The notes under the pieces were generated by a model. The model saw only the letters and a list, made by a program, of their open reading frames with translations. It did no database searches and was not told the DNA's origin. A stretch of 64,000 nt of DNA from an uncultured Sphingobacteriales bacterium. GTDB taxonomy: Bacteria > Bacteroidota > Bacteroidia > CAILMK01 > CAYYUA01. Below are positions 47,316-55,924 of the stretch, one piece after another (the stretch's first letter is position 1; each line of letters begins with the position of its first letter). Both the position numbers and the translations under genes were made by a program. The DNA is taken from positions 33,848-97,847 of the forward strand of contig CAYYUA010000004.1 of NCBI GenBank assembly GCA_964474835.1, read 5' to 3'.

Positions 47316-48953
47316 TTATTGCCCGGTTGCCTTCATCATTTCCTCCACATCAAATGTCAGATCCCGCATTTCCCAGTTAGCCTTAACGTCCAGAACCTGT
47401 GGATAAAAGAGAACAGGTTCCGGGCGCAGGCCATCAAAAAATTCACCTTCATCCCAGAATCCATTCCCGTTCCGGTCCACAATGGCCTTAATCCGGTATT
47501 TACCGGGCTTTAGCTGCTTGTAAGTAACTGTACTATCAGCGGTATTCAGGAAGTCTTCCCTTAGCACATTTCCATCTTTATCAAGCAGGTTCAGGATGAC
47601 CTGGCCCTTATCAAGCGGCGGCACTTCAACATTTATAACAGCGAGCCCGAGCTCCTCAGGCGAGAAAACCTTCACTGACCTGCTAACACTGTCGTTGGAA
47701 TTACCGTAAAGGTCAGTTACACCGCCCGAGTCAACGATCAGGCGGTAAGCGGAATCGGGTTTAAAAGGTCCGTCAATCAGCAGCTGCTTTTGGTTGGCCC
47801 CTTTAATAGCGGGTTTCAGCTTACGAATAGGCAGGGAATCTTTGAAAGCTAAAAACTCCTTGGTATCAACAGCTGTAAGCGGATGGTTGCTATGAAAGAC
47901 AATAGCTGAGTCAGGTCTGACTTTCTCGCGCTTAAGGGTAAGAGAAAGGGTCGTATCTGCAGGTTGATCTTTTGCAAAGCCGGCAGACCGGTTAATAGTT
48001 ACCGTATCCTGAACGGCTTTATTGAGGGTCAGCACCAGCTCTAATGAGTCATCAGCAGAAGGCGGGTGATAAATAATTCCTTCCGCTCCCTGTTTCTGAA
48101 GGTGCCAGTAACGTTCCGCCACACTGAATTGATCGATCCGGAAAGTGTCCAGGGCCTGATTGAACGTCAGTGAAACCTTGCCCCTGGCTTTGCTTTTGGC
48201 CTCGATGATCTCAGGCTGCTGCAGTTTTTCTTCGAAGAGCGGTATTGGCTGAAGGACCGTATCGCCCTGAAGTGTTAGCGTATTTCCTAAAAGCCCAACT
48301 TGCTCACCCGGATCGTACTGAAGGTTATTGTTCAGGTCTTTAAGGGCATAAACCTGATAATCACCGGCTTTCAGGTACTGGAACCCAAACTGGCCCTGTT
48401 CGTCAGCTTCCGTGTAAAAATAAGGCCGTTTTGTTTTAATAGCCTCAGGGTCCGGATCCTGGTACAGTAGAATGCTAACATCAGACACGGAATCACGGGT
48501 AAAGGCATCCACTACCCGGCCATTCAGATTGAGCGAGTCAACTGTTTCACCCGTACTGAACACATAAACGAATCCTTTAGCAGGATTACCCTCTGTAATG
48601 TCCCGAATGGCTTTCCCAAACTGAATGGTATGCGTTGTATTGGGCTTCAGCGAGTCTTTTGGTAAAAGGATGTCAATACTTCGCTTCCGCCTGATAAGCT
48701 CATAGTTCTGAACAGGCGGGCTGAACAGAATATTTTTCCGCTTATTCTTAAGCTTTAGGAATTCATTGAAGTAAAGGGTGATCAACTCCGGGCGAACCTC
48801 TGAGCTGGCCATAGCAGGATTGGCCCTTATGAACTGGGGAGGTTCTTTATCCTTTGGCCCACCTTGCGGAGAAACAACCTGCGCGCAGGCTGCCAGCAAA
48901 AGCAGCCCAGCGCCCAGGCTCAGGATCCATAGTTTGGCGTAAGAAACCTTCAA
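47316..48953 (-). CDS. Bacterial Ig-like domain-containing lipoprotein
   Basis: Lipobox LLLAAC with predicted beta-rich Ig-like repeats; it ends 3 nt from mnmG on the same strand. Confidence 0.5.
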   Translation of the reverse strand: MKVSYAKLWILSLGAGLLLLAACAQVVSPQGGPKDKEPPQFIRANPAMASSEVRPELITLYFNEFLKLKNKRKNILFSPPVQNYELIRRKRSIDILLPKDSLKPNTTHTIQFGKAIRDITEGNPAKGFVYVFSTGETVDSLNLNGRVVDAFTRDSVSDVSILLYQDPDPEAIKTKRPYFYTEADEQGQFGFQYLKAGDYQVYALKDLNNNLQYDPGEQVGLLGNTLTLQGDTVLQPIPLFEEKLQQPEIIEAKSKARGKVSLTFNQALDTFRIDQFSVAERYWHLQKQGAEGIIYHPPSADDSLELVLTLNKAVQDTVTINRSAGFAKDQPADTTLSLTLKREKVRPDSAIVFHSNHPLTAVDTKEFLAFKDSLPIRKLKPAIKGANQKQLLIDGPFKPDSAYRLIVDSGGVTDLYGNSNDSVSRSVKVFSPEELGLAVINVEVPPLDKGQVILNLLDKDGNVLREDFLNTADSTVTYKQLKPGKYRIKAIVDRNGNGFWDEGEFFDGLRPEPVLFYPQVLDVKANWEMRDLTFDVEEMMKATGQ

Positions 48954-48955
48954 GG

Positions 48956-50821
48956 TTACCGGCCTAAATAAACCAAAAGGACGCTGATGTCAGAAGGCGA
49001 AACCCCACTGATGCGGCTGGCTTGCCCGATGGTTTCGGGGAGCACCTGGTTTAGCTTTTCGCGGCCTTCGGTGGACAACGCCTTGATATCGTCATAGTTG
49101 ATATTCTGGTGGATCGGGATATCCTCAAGCCGGTTCATCTTTTCCACCATTTCCCGCTCTTTGTCAATAAAGCCGCCATACTTCATCTGCACTTCGGCTT
49201 CCTCCAGTATTTCAGCATCAAACTGACCGAAGAATGAGTCAGCTTTTGGCACGTTCTCCCGGAGGGTTTCAACGGTCACTTCAGGTCTTGAAAGAATTTT
49301 TTCCAGCTTATGCTTTTGCTTCACAGGCTGGGAGCCTACAGCTTCCAGCGTAGCGTTGAGCTCCGTTTCCGGAGCGTTCTCCTTCTTCAGAAAGTCCTGT
49401 ATCTGCTGGATGGCTTCTTCCTTTTCCTGTACCCGCCTGTACTGCTCTTCTGAAGCTAAACCAATCTGAAAAGCCAGCGGGGTCAGGCGCAGATCAGCAT
49501 TGTCCTGCCTCAGGAGCATCCGGTATTCGGCCCGGCTGGTAAACATCCGGTACGGTTCGTTAGTACCCTTGTTGATAAGGTCATCAATAAGCACCCCGAT
49601 GTACCCATCAGACCGCTTCAGGACGACCGGGCTCAGGTTCTTGCCTTTGCGGTGGGCATTAATACCGGCCATCAGCCCCTGGCAGCCTGCTTCTTCATAC
49701 CCGGTAGTTCCATTGATCTGTCCAGCAAAGAACAGGTTTTCAACAGGCTTGGTCTCAAGCGAGTGCTTCAGCTGGTGCGGCTGGAAGTAATCGTACTCGA
49801 TGGCGTATCCCGGGCGGAAAAGCTTGGCGTTTTCTAAGCCGGCTACTTTCCGTATAGCTGATTCCTGGATATCGTGCGGCAGGGAGGTGCTAAAACCATT
49901 TACATAGACTTCCACAGTGTCCCAGCCTTCAGGCTCTACAAAAAGCTGATGGCTTTCTTTGTCCTTAAAGCGATCGATTTTGTCTTCAATAGAAGGACAG
50001 TACCGCGGCCCTACACTCTGAATACGCCCGTTAAACATCGGTGAGCGATCAAAGCCTTCCTCCAGGGTCTTGTGCACCTCAGGATTGGTATAGGTGATGT
50101 AGCAGCTCAGCTGGCGCTTGGGTGGCTCAGTTTCAGATGAAAACGAGAATTTGCCGGGAACTTCATCACCCGGCTGCTCTTCCATCTGGCTATAATCGAT
50201 AGACCGGCCGTCAATCCGGGGAGGCGTTCCGGTTTTCATCCGGCCGGTTTCAAAGCCGCGGTCCAGTAACTGCTTGGATAGCCCGGTTACAGCCTTTTCA
50301 CCAGCGCGCCCTCCTCCAAAATTCACATCACCAATGTGGATAAGTCCATTCAGGAAGGTGCCATTGGTGAGGACGACTGAGTTGGCATAAAAAGGGATTC
50401 CGAGTTGGGTCTTAACGCCAACTACCCGGTCTTCATCAAAAATCAGCTCTTTCCCCATTTCCTGCCAGAAATCCACATTCTCGATCTGCTCCAGGGTCAG
50501 CCGCCAGTATTCAGCAAAGCGCATGCGGTCATTCTGGGTGCGGGGACTCCACATAGCCGGGCCTTTAGAGCGGTTGAGCATCCGGTACTGCACCATGCTC
50601 TTATCGGCAACAACTCCGCTCATTCCGCCCATGGCATCGATCTCGCGCACAATCTGCCCCTTGGCAATACCACCCATGGCTGGATTGCACGACATCTGGG
50701 CAATCTTATTCATGTCCATGGTGACCAGAAGAACACTTGAGCCAAGCTTAGCTGCAGCTGCAGCGGCTTCGCAGCCAGCGTGGCCTCCACCGACAACTAT
50801 AACATCGTACTTATCTGGCAT
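48956..50821 (-). CDS. mnmG: tRNA uridine 5-carboxymethylaminomethyl modification enzyme MnmG (GidA)
   Basis: FAD motif DVIVVGGGHAGCEAA; 621 aa; canonical MnmG blocks. Confidence 0.95.
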   Translation of the reverse strand: MPDKYDVIVVGGGHAGCEAAAAAAKLGSSVLLVTMDMNKIAQMSCNPAMGGIAKGQIVREIDAMGGMSGVVADKSMVQYRMLNRSKGPAMWSPRTQNDRMRFAEYWRLTLEQIENVDFWQEMGKELIFDEDRVVGVKTQLGIPFYANSVVLTNGTFLNGLIHIGDVNFGGGRAGEKAVTGLSKQLLDRGFETGRMKTGTPPRIDGRSIDYSQMEEQPGDEVPGKFSFSSETEPPKRQLSCYITYTNPEVHKTLEEGFDRSPMFNGRIQSVGPRYCPSIEDKIDRFKDKESHQLFVEPEGWDTVEVYVNGFSTSLPHDIQESAIRKVAGLENAKLFRPGYAIEYDYFQPHQLKHSLETKPVENLFFAGQINGTTGYEEAGCQGLMAGINAHRKGKNLSPVVLKRSDGYIGVLIDDLINKGTNEPYRMFTSRAEYRMLLRQDNADLRLTPLAFQIGLASEEQYRRVQEKEEAIQQIQDFLKKENAPETELNATLEAVGSQPVKQKHKLEKILSRPEVTVETLRENVPKADSFFGQFDAEILEEAEVQMKYGGFIDKEREMVEKMNRLEDIPIHQNINYDDIKALSTEGREKLNQVLPETIGQASRISGVSPSDISVLLVYLGR

Positions 50822-50823
50822 AG

Positions 50824-51264
50824 TTAGTTAGCATTTAAATGGTTCAAGTAGTGTGATTCCAATCTCCGCATTTCCTCAACCTGGTCATCGGCTTTATCGG
50901 TCAGCCCGCCCAGGTGCAGCACACCGTGGATGACAACGCGGCCAAGTTCATCTTTCACTTGCGTGTTGTAGTGTTGAGCGTTAGCAACCACCCGGCTCAG
51001 GCTAATGTAAAGCTCCCCTTCTATAACCTTGGCTTCTTCACTCAGGTTGAAAGTGATAATATCGGTGTAGTAATCGTGCTGAAGAAAATCCTGGTTAATC
51101 TGCCTCAGTTGCTCATCATCAAGAAAAACCACATTCAAGCTCTTAAGTTGACGGTGAAAATCATCCATAACAGCCCTGATAACCTGCCTTAACCGCTTAA
51201 AGTCAGGGATAAACAGAAAAGCTTCCACCGATTCCTCAAAAAACCTGATCGGGTGGTCTTCCAT
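50824..51264 (-). CDS. ybeY: rRNA maturation endoribonuclease YbeY
   Basis: 146 aa with the Zn-binding HGVLHLGG motif. Confidence 0.85.
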   Translation of the reverse strand: MEDHPIRFFEESVEAFLFIPDFKRLRQVIRAVMDDFHRQLKSLNVVFLDDEQLRQINQDFLQHDYYTDIITFNLSEEAKVIEGELYISLSRVVANAQHYNTQVKDELGRVVIHGVLHLGGLTDKADDQVEEMRRLESHYLNHLNAN

Positions 51265-51270
51265 AAATAT

Positions 51271-53028
51271 TTAGCGTATAACAGTCAGGGTACCAGACTC
51301 GGTAGAAGTTGTCTGGTCAATACCCACGATGGTCATTTTGTAAAAGTATTCGCCCTGCTGAACAGCTTCTCCGTCAGCGGTCCCATCCCAGCCTTGGTTG
51401 AGGTTGTCTGAGCTGTAGACTTCTTCACCCCACCTGTTATAGATCGCCATGGACGAGGCCTCATAATCGATAAAGCGGCCCTGAGGCTTGAATTCACTGT
51501 TAACGCCACCCGGCACGATAGCATTGGGAACGTACACCACCGGGTCATTAAACAGGCAGACAACATTGGACAGCGCTTCTTCCTGATAACCATATTCATT
51601 GTTACCACCTTCTACTGCCTGAATCCGGAAACATGTGCGCCTTTCCTCTGAATCGCGGAATTCATTCAGCTTAGTGTACTCGAGATCATCAGCTCCCACA
51701 GTAGCGAGGGTTTCCCAGTTTTCCACATCGCCAGCCCGCGTCTGGCGCTGAATAAGGTAGTTTTCCACACCACTGTTGAAAACTTCATAAGCTTGCCAGT
51801 TAAGGCGGATAGAATCATCAATAGCCTTAACATCAAGTACCATATTGCGGGCTATGTTGCTGGTTTCCGTGCTGTTGGCACATAAGCCGTTACTCCTTAC
51901 CTGGTAGTAAGTCTCTTCGGCCTGGGGATTGGCAAGGGAATCCCTGATAGTAAAATCCGAACCTGTAACAGGACTAATGCTCCGGAACGTGGCTAATTCC
52001 CCCGGATTGGGTCCCTTTAAAACAGTGATACGCTGTAGTCCGGCGCCATTCTCAACAGAAAACCGGATTTCATTCACACTATCAACCACCGAAACGGCCC
52101 TGAGGTAGGCAAATCCCAACGATCCGGCAGAACCAAGGCGCAGGCTTCGCTGATTAGAGGTAGAGGATGCATCCCCACCTGCTTTCAATGCTCTGATGGA
52201 AACATCATAAGTAAATCCGCCCTCAAGCGTATCGATTACAGCCTCCGTTTCGCTACCATCCACGCTTTCCACGATCTGTGGATTTTCTCCATCTTTAGCG
52301 GCTACAATCCGGTATTCTGCAACATCCCACCCTTTATAGGCCGACCAGTTCAGCTCGATCTTTCGTTCGCAGGTATCCACATCTGGTTCCTGCAGGAATA
52401 TTGAGCTATGCGTATTGACGCTAACGGTGCTCTCATTCATACAGCTGTCGAAGGCGCCTAGGCGGAATTTTTCAACCTGTCCGTCCGGAGCGCTGAGGTC
52501 ATTCTCCGTGTACGAGGTATTCTTATGCCCGAGTACCTGATCAATCTTACGGGTTTGGCCTCCGTCCACATAGTAGATGGTATAGCCCTTAATGGCGGGA
52601 TTAGGATGCGGGGACCACCCAAGCTGAACATTTCCGTTTTTCACGGTTAGCGAGTCCAGTTCCAGCGATGCGGGACGCTCTTTGTCCACACCGATGGTAT
52701 CGGTGTAGGCCTCAGCATCCGGACAGGCCGTGGTGGCTTTGATGTAGTATTGCCACTCATCCAGGTTGTCCGTGTTTCCGGGTACATGCTCGAACTGTTG
52801 CAGATCAGGCTCCTCGAGGGTTTCTACCAATTGAAAAGGCTGGCCGGGGTTGGCCTGCCAGTAAACTTCGTAGGTGAGAAACGCTCCACAGGTATCCGTA
52901 ACAGGGTTAAAATTCAGGGTAAACGTATCGTTACTCTGGCAGATCCGGTAAAGGTTAAACCCTGAGGCCTGTAAACTAAGCAAACTTAGCAGTAAACCCA
53001 CCAATAAGGCACAACGAAACTGACGCAT
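51271..53028 (-). CDS. Secreted FN3/Ig-like repeat protein with a T9SS type-B C-terminal domain (gliding-motility-associated CTD)
   Basis: The C-terminus YVPNAIVPGGVNSEFKPQG…AIYNRWGEEVYSS…GWDGTADGEAVQQGEYFYKMTIVG matches the TIGR04131-type CTD. The signal peptide starts at the internal MRQFRCALLVGLLLSLLSL. Confidence 0.75.
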   Translation of the reverse strand: MRQFRCALLVGLLLSLLSLQASGFNLYRICQSNDTFTLNFNPVTDTCGAFLTYEVYWQANPGQPFQLVETLEEPDLQQFEHVPGNTDNLDEWQYYIKATTACPDAEAYTDTIGVDKERPASLELDSLTVKNGNVQLGWSPHPNPAIKGYTIYYVDGGQTRKIDQVLGHKNTSYTENDLSAPDGQVEKFRLGAFDSCMNESTVSVNTHSSIFLQEPDVDTCERKIELNWSAYKGWDVAEYRIVAAKDGENPQIVESVDGSETEAVIDTLEGGFTYDVSIRALKAGGDASSTSNQRSLRLGSAGSLGFAYLRAVSVVDSVNEIRFSVENGAGLQRITVLKGPNPGELATFRSISPVTGSDFTIRDSLANPQAEETYYQVRSNGLCANSTETSNIARNMVLDVKAIDDSIRLNWQAYEVFNSGVENYLIQRQTRAGDVENWETLATVGADDLEYTKLNEFRDSEERRTCFRIQAVEGGNNEYGYQEEALSNVVCLFNDPVVYVPNAIVPGGVNSEFKPQGRFIDYEASSMAIYNRWGEEVYSSDNLNQGWDGTADGEAVQQGEYFYKMTIVGIDQTTSTESGTLTVIR

Positions 53029-53073
53029 TTCTGGCGTTGCTTTTATTGTGCTAGTATGTAAAACCAACACACC

Positions 53074-53817
53074 ATGAAACATTCTGAACAACCCTCCTCA
53101 CGCGGTATACGGCTAAACCGGTATCTGGCTGAGTGCGGGATTGCATCCCGCCGGAAGGCAGAAGCACTAATTCAGGCTGGCAAAATTAAAGTAAATGGGA
53201 AGACTGTTACAGCCCTCAGTACCCGGGTCACCGCAAGTGACACTGTCAAATACAATGGGCAAACCCTAAAGCAAGAGGCTTCGGTCTACCTTATGCTGAA
53301 TAAGCCCAAGGACACCCTTACCACAAAAAAGGACCATCAGGGCCGCAAAAAGGTTTTTGATCTGCTCACGGATACTCGTTTGCCGGAAGTTTTTGCAGTA
53401 GGGCGCCTTGACCGTAATACATCCGGCATTTTAATCCTTACCAATGATGGTGAGCTTGCCAACCGGCTAATGCACCCTAAGCGGGCCGTAGAGAAAGGCT
53501 ACCAGATAACCGTGGACCAGCCGGTTCCAGCTTCCAGGCTCGAGGCAATGGCGCAGCCCCAGTACGTGGATGATGATTATTTGATTCCGGAGAGCCTTGC
53601 TTTTGCTGACTTTAAGGACCGCAAGCGGTTACTCCTCAGTATCCACTCAGGGCAGAACCGGATTGTTAGGAGAATGTTGACAAAATGGGGATATCGTGTG
53701 AAAAACTTAGACCGGATTTCCTACGCCGGACTGGGGAAAAACAGTCTTAAACCCGCGCAGTGGCGGCATTTAAAAAAGCGTGAGGTCAATATGTTGAAAA
53801 ATAAGGCCGGTTTGTAG
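53074..53817 (+). CDS. rluB: rRNA pseudouridine synthase, RsuA/RluB family
   Basis: An S4 domain (IRLNRYLAECGIASRRKAEALIQAGKIKVNGK) plus a catalytic Asp block (FAVGRLDRNTSGILILTNDG). Confidence 0.85.
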   Translation: MKHSEQPSSRGIRLNRYLAECGIASRRKAEALIQAGKIKVNGKTVTALSTRVTASDTVKYNGQTLKQEASVYLMLNKPKDTLTTKKDHQGRKKVFDLLTDTRLPEVFAVGRLDRNTSGILILTNDGELANRLMHPKRAVEKGYQITVDQPVPASRLEAMAQPQYVDDDYLIPESLAFADFKDRKRLLLSIHSGQNRIVRRMLTKWGYRVKNLDRISYAGLGKNSLKPAQWRHLKKREVNMLKNKAGL

Positions 53818-53837
53818 CGTCCACATTATCCCCTACT

Positions 53838-54116
53838 TTTTCCACAACTTTTTAACTGGTTTTGAACATTACATAGCTATTGTAAACTATCCACACCGTC
53901 CACCCGGGGATGTTAACTGGAATTGTGGAAAACTGCCTTTAATAGCCCGCATAGGGGTTTTAGCCTGTGGACGGCTTGTGGAAAACTTGTTTTCCTGTTG
54001 AGTTCTCCGGAAGTGACCAAAACAATAACCGTTTTCTTTTCCGCAAGTCCACATCCCTGATGATGCTGATGAGGGTTTTTTAAATTCCTTTAGATCTTAT
54101 ACACAGGTGTGGAAAA
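53838..54116. promoter_or_regulatory. DnaA-box cluster with an AT-rich tract (candidate oriC, DnaA-titration site, or DnaA-regulated promoter)
   Basis: Four perfect TTTTCCACA 9-mers: 53838-53846 on the + strand; 53924-53932, 53977-53985 and 54108-54116 on the - strand. In addition there are CTATCCACA at 53887-53895, TTTTCCGCA at 54037-54045, and weaker GTCCACA sites. A ~70% AT stretch at 53846-53890 lies between the first two boxes. Confidence 0.5.
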
Positions 54117-54190
54117 CTAAACGTAAGCAGGCAGGCTGCCTGAACAATTGAAAAATGGGCGGTTTATTGTTACATTTGCTATAAGCAAAA

Positions 54191-54217
54191 GAGGGGACAT
54201 GGGTCCCCTTTTTTATT
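54191..54217 (+). terminator. Intrinsic-terminator-like hairpin (AGGGGAC-ATGG-GTCCCCT followed by a T6ATT tract) 20 nt upstream of the rimP start codon
   Basis: A 7-bp GC-rich stem with a 4-nt loop and a U-tract. A TAnnTTTG Bacteroidota -7 element (TACATTTG, 54174-54181) lies just upstream. Confidence 0.5.
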
Positions 54218-54238
54218 GGTATAGTAGACTGGTATCAG

Positions 54239-54658
54239 ATGAAAGCCGATCTTGAGGCCTACTTGACAGCAAACCTTCCGGCCGATATCTTCGTGGTGGA
54301 CATTGTGGTCAGTAAAAACAACAACCACATCAATGTCTACCTGGATGGGGATGCCGGTTTGAATGTGGATACTTGTGGAAAAGTAAGCCGCAAACTTGAA
54401 GCCTGGCTGGATGAAGCCGATCAAATTCCACAGCAATACACCCTGAATGTAAGCTCAGCCGGGGTTGATCAGCCACTGAATAAAAGACGCCAGTTCAGGA
54501 AAAACGTGAACCGGAACCTTAAGGTTAGAACTTCAACAACAGCATACAGCGGCAAGCTTGTCCTTATCGATAACGACAACCTGGTGCTGAAGACTGATAA
54601 GCGGAAAACCGTGCCTCTGGCTTTTGAGGATGTGAAAGACGCCAGAGTTGAAATTTAA
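54239..54658 (+). CDS. rimP: Ribosome maturation factor RimP
   Basis: 139 aa; first gene of the canonical rimP-nusA-infB arrangement. Confidence 0.85.
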   Translation: MKADLEAYLTANLPADIFVVDIVVSKNNNHINVYLDGDAGLNVDTCGKVSRKLEAWLDEADQIPQQYTLNVSSAGVDQPLNKRRQFRKNVNRNLKVRTSTTAYSGKLVLIDNDNLVLKTDKRKTVPLAFEDVKDARVEI

Positions 54659-54671
54659 AAGTGCTTAGACG

Positions 54672-55910
54672 ATGAATGTAGATGAGTTAAGAGAGTCATT
54701 TGCGGACTTCAGAGAATTCAAAAATGTGGATCGTGCTACCATGATGCGCGTTCTGGAGGAAGTTTTCCGCAACATGCTTAGAAAGAAGTACGGCACGGAT
54801 GAAAACTTTGATATCATTATCAATGTAGAAAAAGGAGATATTGAGGTCTGGCAGAACCGGACCATCGTAGAAGATGGAAAGGTCACAGACGAAACTTCGG
54901 AGGTAGAGCTTTCGGAGGCTGTGAAGGTAGAGCCAGACTTTGAGGTTGGCGAGGATCTGTCTGAAGAGGTCAAGTTGGCTTCTTTTGGCCGGCGGGCTAT
55001 CATGGCCGCCCGGCAGAATCTGATCAACAAGATTCTTGAGCTGCAGAAGGAAGAAGTGTTTAACCTGTACCAGGATCGTATCGGGGAGATCGTTTCAGGT
55101 GAGGTTTACCAGGTATGGCGGAAAGAGCTTTTGGTGCTGGATGATGAGGGCAACGAACTCATCCTGCCGAAAGAGGAGATGATACCGCGGGATTTCTTCA
55201 AGAAAGGGGATACCCTTCGCGCTGTCGTTAAGAGCGTGGACACCCGGAACTCGGCTCCGCTTATCCTTCTCTCCCGGACTGCTCCTGATTTTCTGGAACG
55301 CTTGTTTGAACTGGAGGTCCCGGAAATCGCCGATGGCTTGATAACCATCCACAAAATTGTGAGAGAGCCAGGCGAGCGGGCCAAAGTCGCTGTTGAATCC
55401 TATGACGACCGCATCGATCCAGTTGGAGCCTGTGTAGGGATGAAGGGCTCCAGAATTCACGGTATTGTTCGTGAGCTGCGGAATGAGAATATCGATGTTA
55501 TCAACTATACCACGAATACGCGGTTGTATATTAGCAGGGCACTAAGCCCGGCACGCGTAAGTACTGTGGATCTGGATGAAGAGAATAACAAAGCGGATGT
55601 CTACCTTAAATCCGATAGTGTTTCATTAGCTATTGGCAAGGGTGGCCTGAACATTAAGCTGGCCGCAAAGCTTACTGATTATGAGATAGATGTGTTCCGG
55701 GAAACTGATGGTGACGACTACGATATCGACCTGGATGAATTTAGCGATGAACTGGAAGGCTGGATTCTGGATGAGCTGAAGGAGATCGGCTGTGATTCAG
55801 CCAAGAGTGTGTTGGAACTATCAATTGAGGAATTGGTTAGACGAACTAACCTTGAGGAAGAGACGATAAAGGAAGTCTTATCGGTGCTGAATGCCGAATT
55901 TGAGCAATAA
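54672..55910 (+). CDS. nusA: Transcription termination/antitermination factor NusA
   Basis: S1 and KH domains (GxxG: IGKGGLNIKLA) and the N-terminal RNAP-binding domain. Confidence 0.95.
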   Translation: MNVDELRESFADFREFKNVDRATMMRVLEEVFRNMLRKKYGTDENFDIIINVEKGDIEVWQNRTIVEDGKVTDETSEVELSEAVKVEPDFEVGEDLSEEVKLASFGRRAIMAARQNLINKILELQKEEVFNLYQDRIGEIVSGEVYQVWRKELLVLDDEGNELILPKEEMIPRDFFKKGDTLRAVVKSVDTRNSAPLILLSRTAPDFLERLFELEVPEIADGLITIHKIVREPGERAKVAVESYDDRIDPVGACVGMKGSRIHGIVRELRNENIDVINYTTNTRLYISRALSPARVSTVDLDEENNKADVYLKSDSVSLAIGKGGLNIKLAAKLTDYEIDVFRETDGDDYDIDLDEFSDELEGWILDELKEIGCDSAKSVLELSIEELVRRTNLEEETIKEVLSVLNAEFEQ

Positions 55911-55924
55911 GGGGAAGTTGATAT

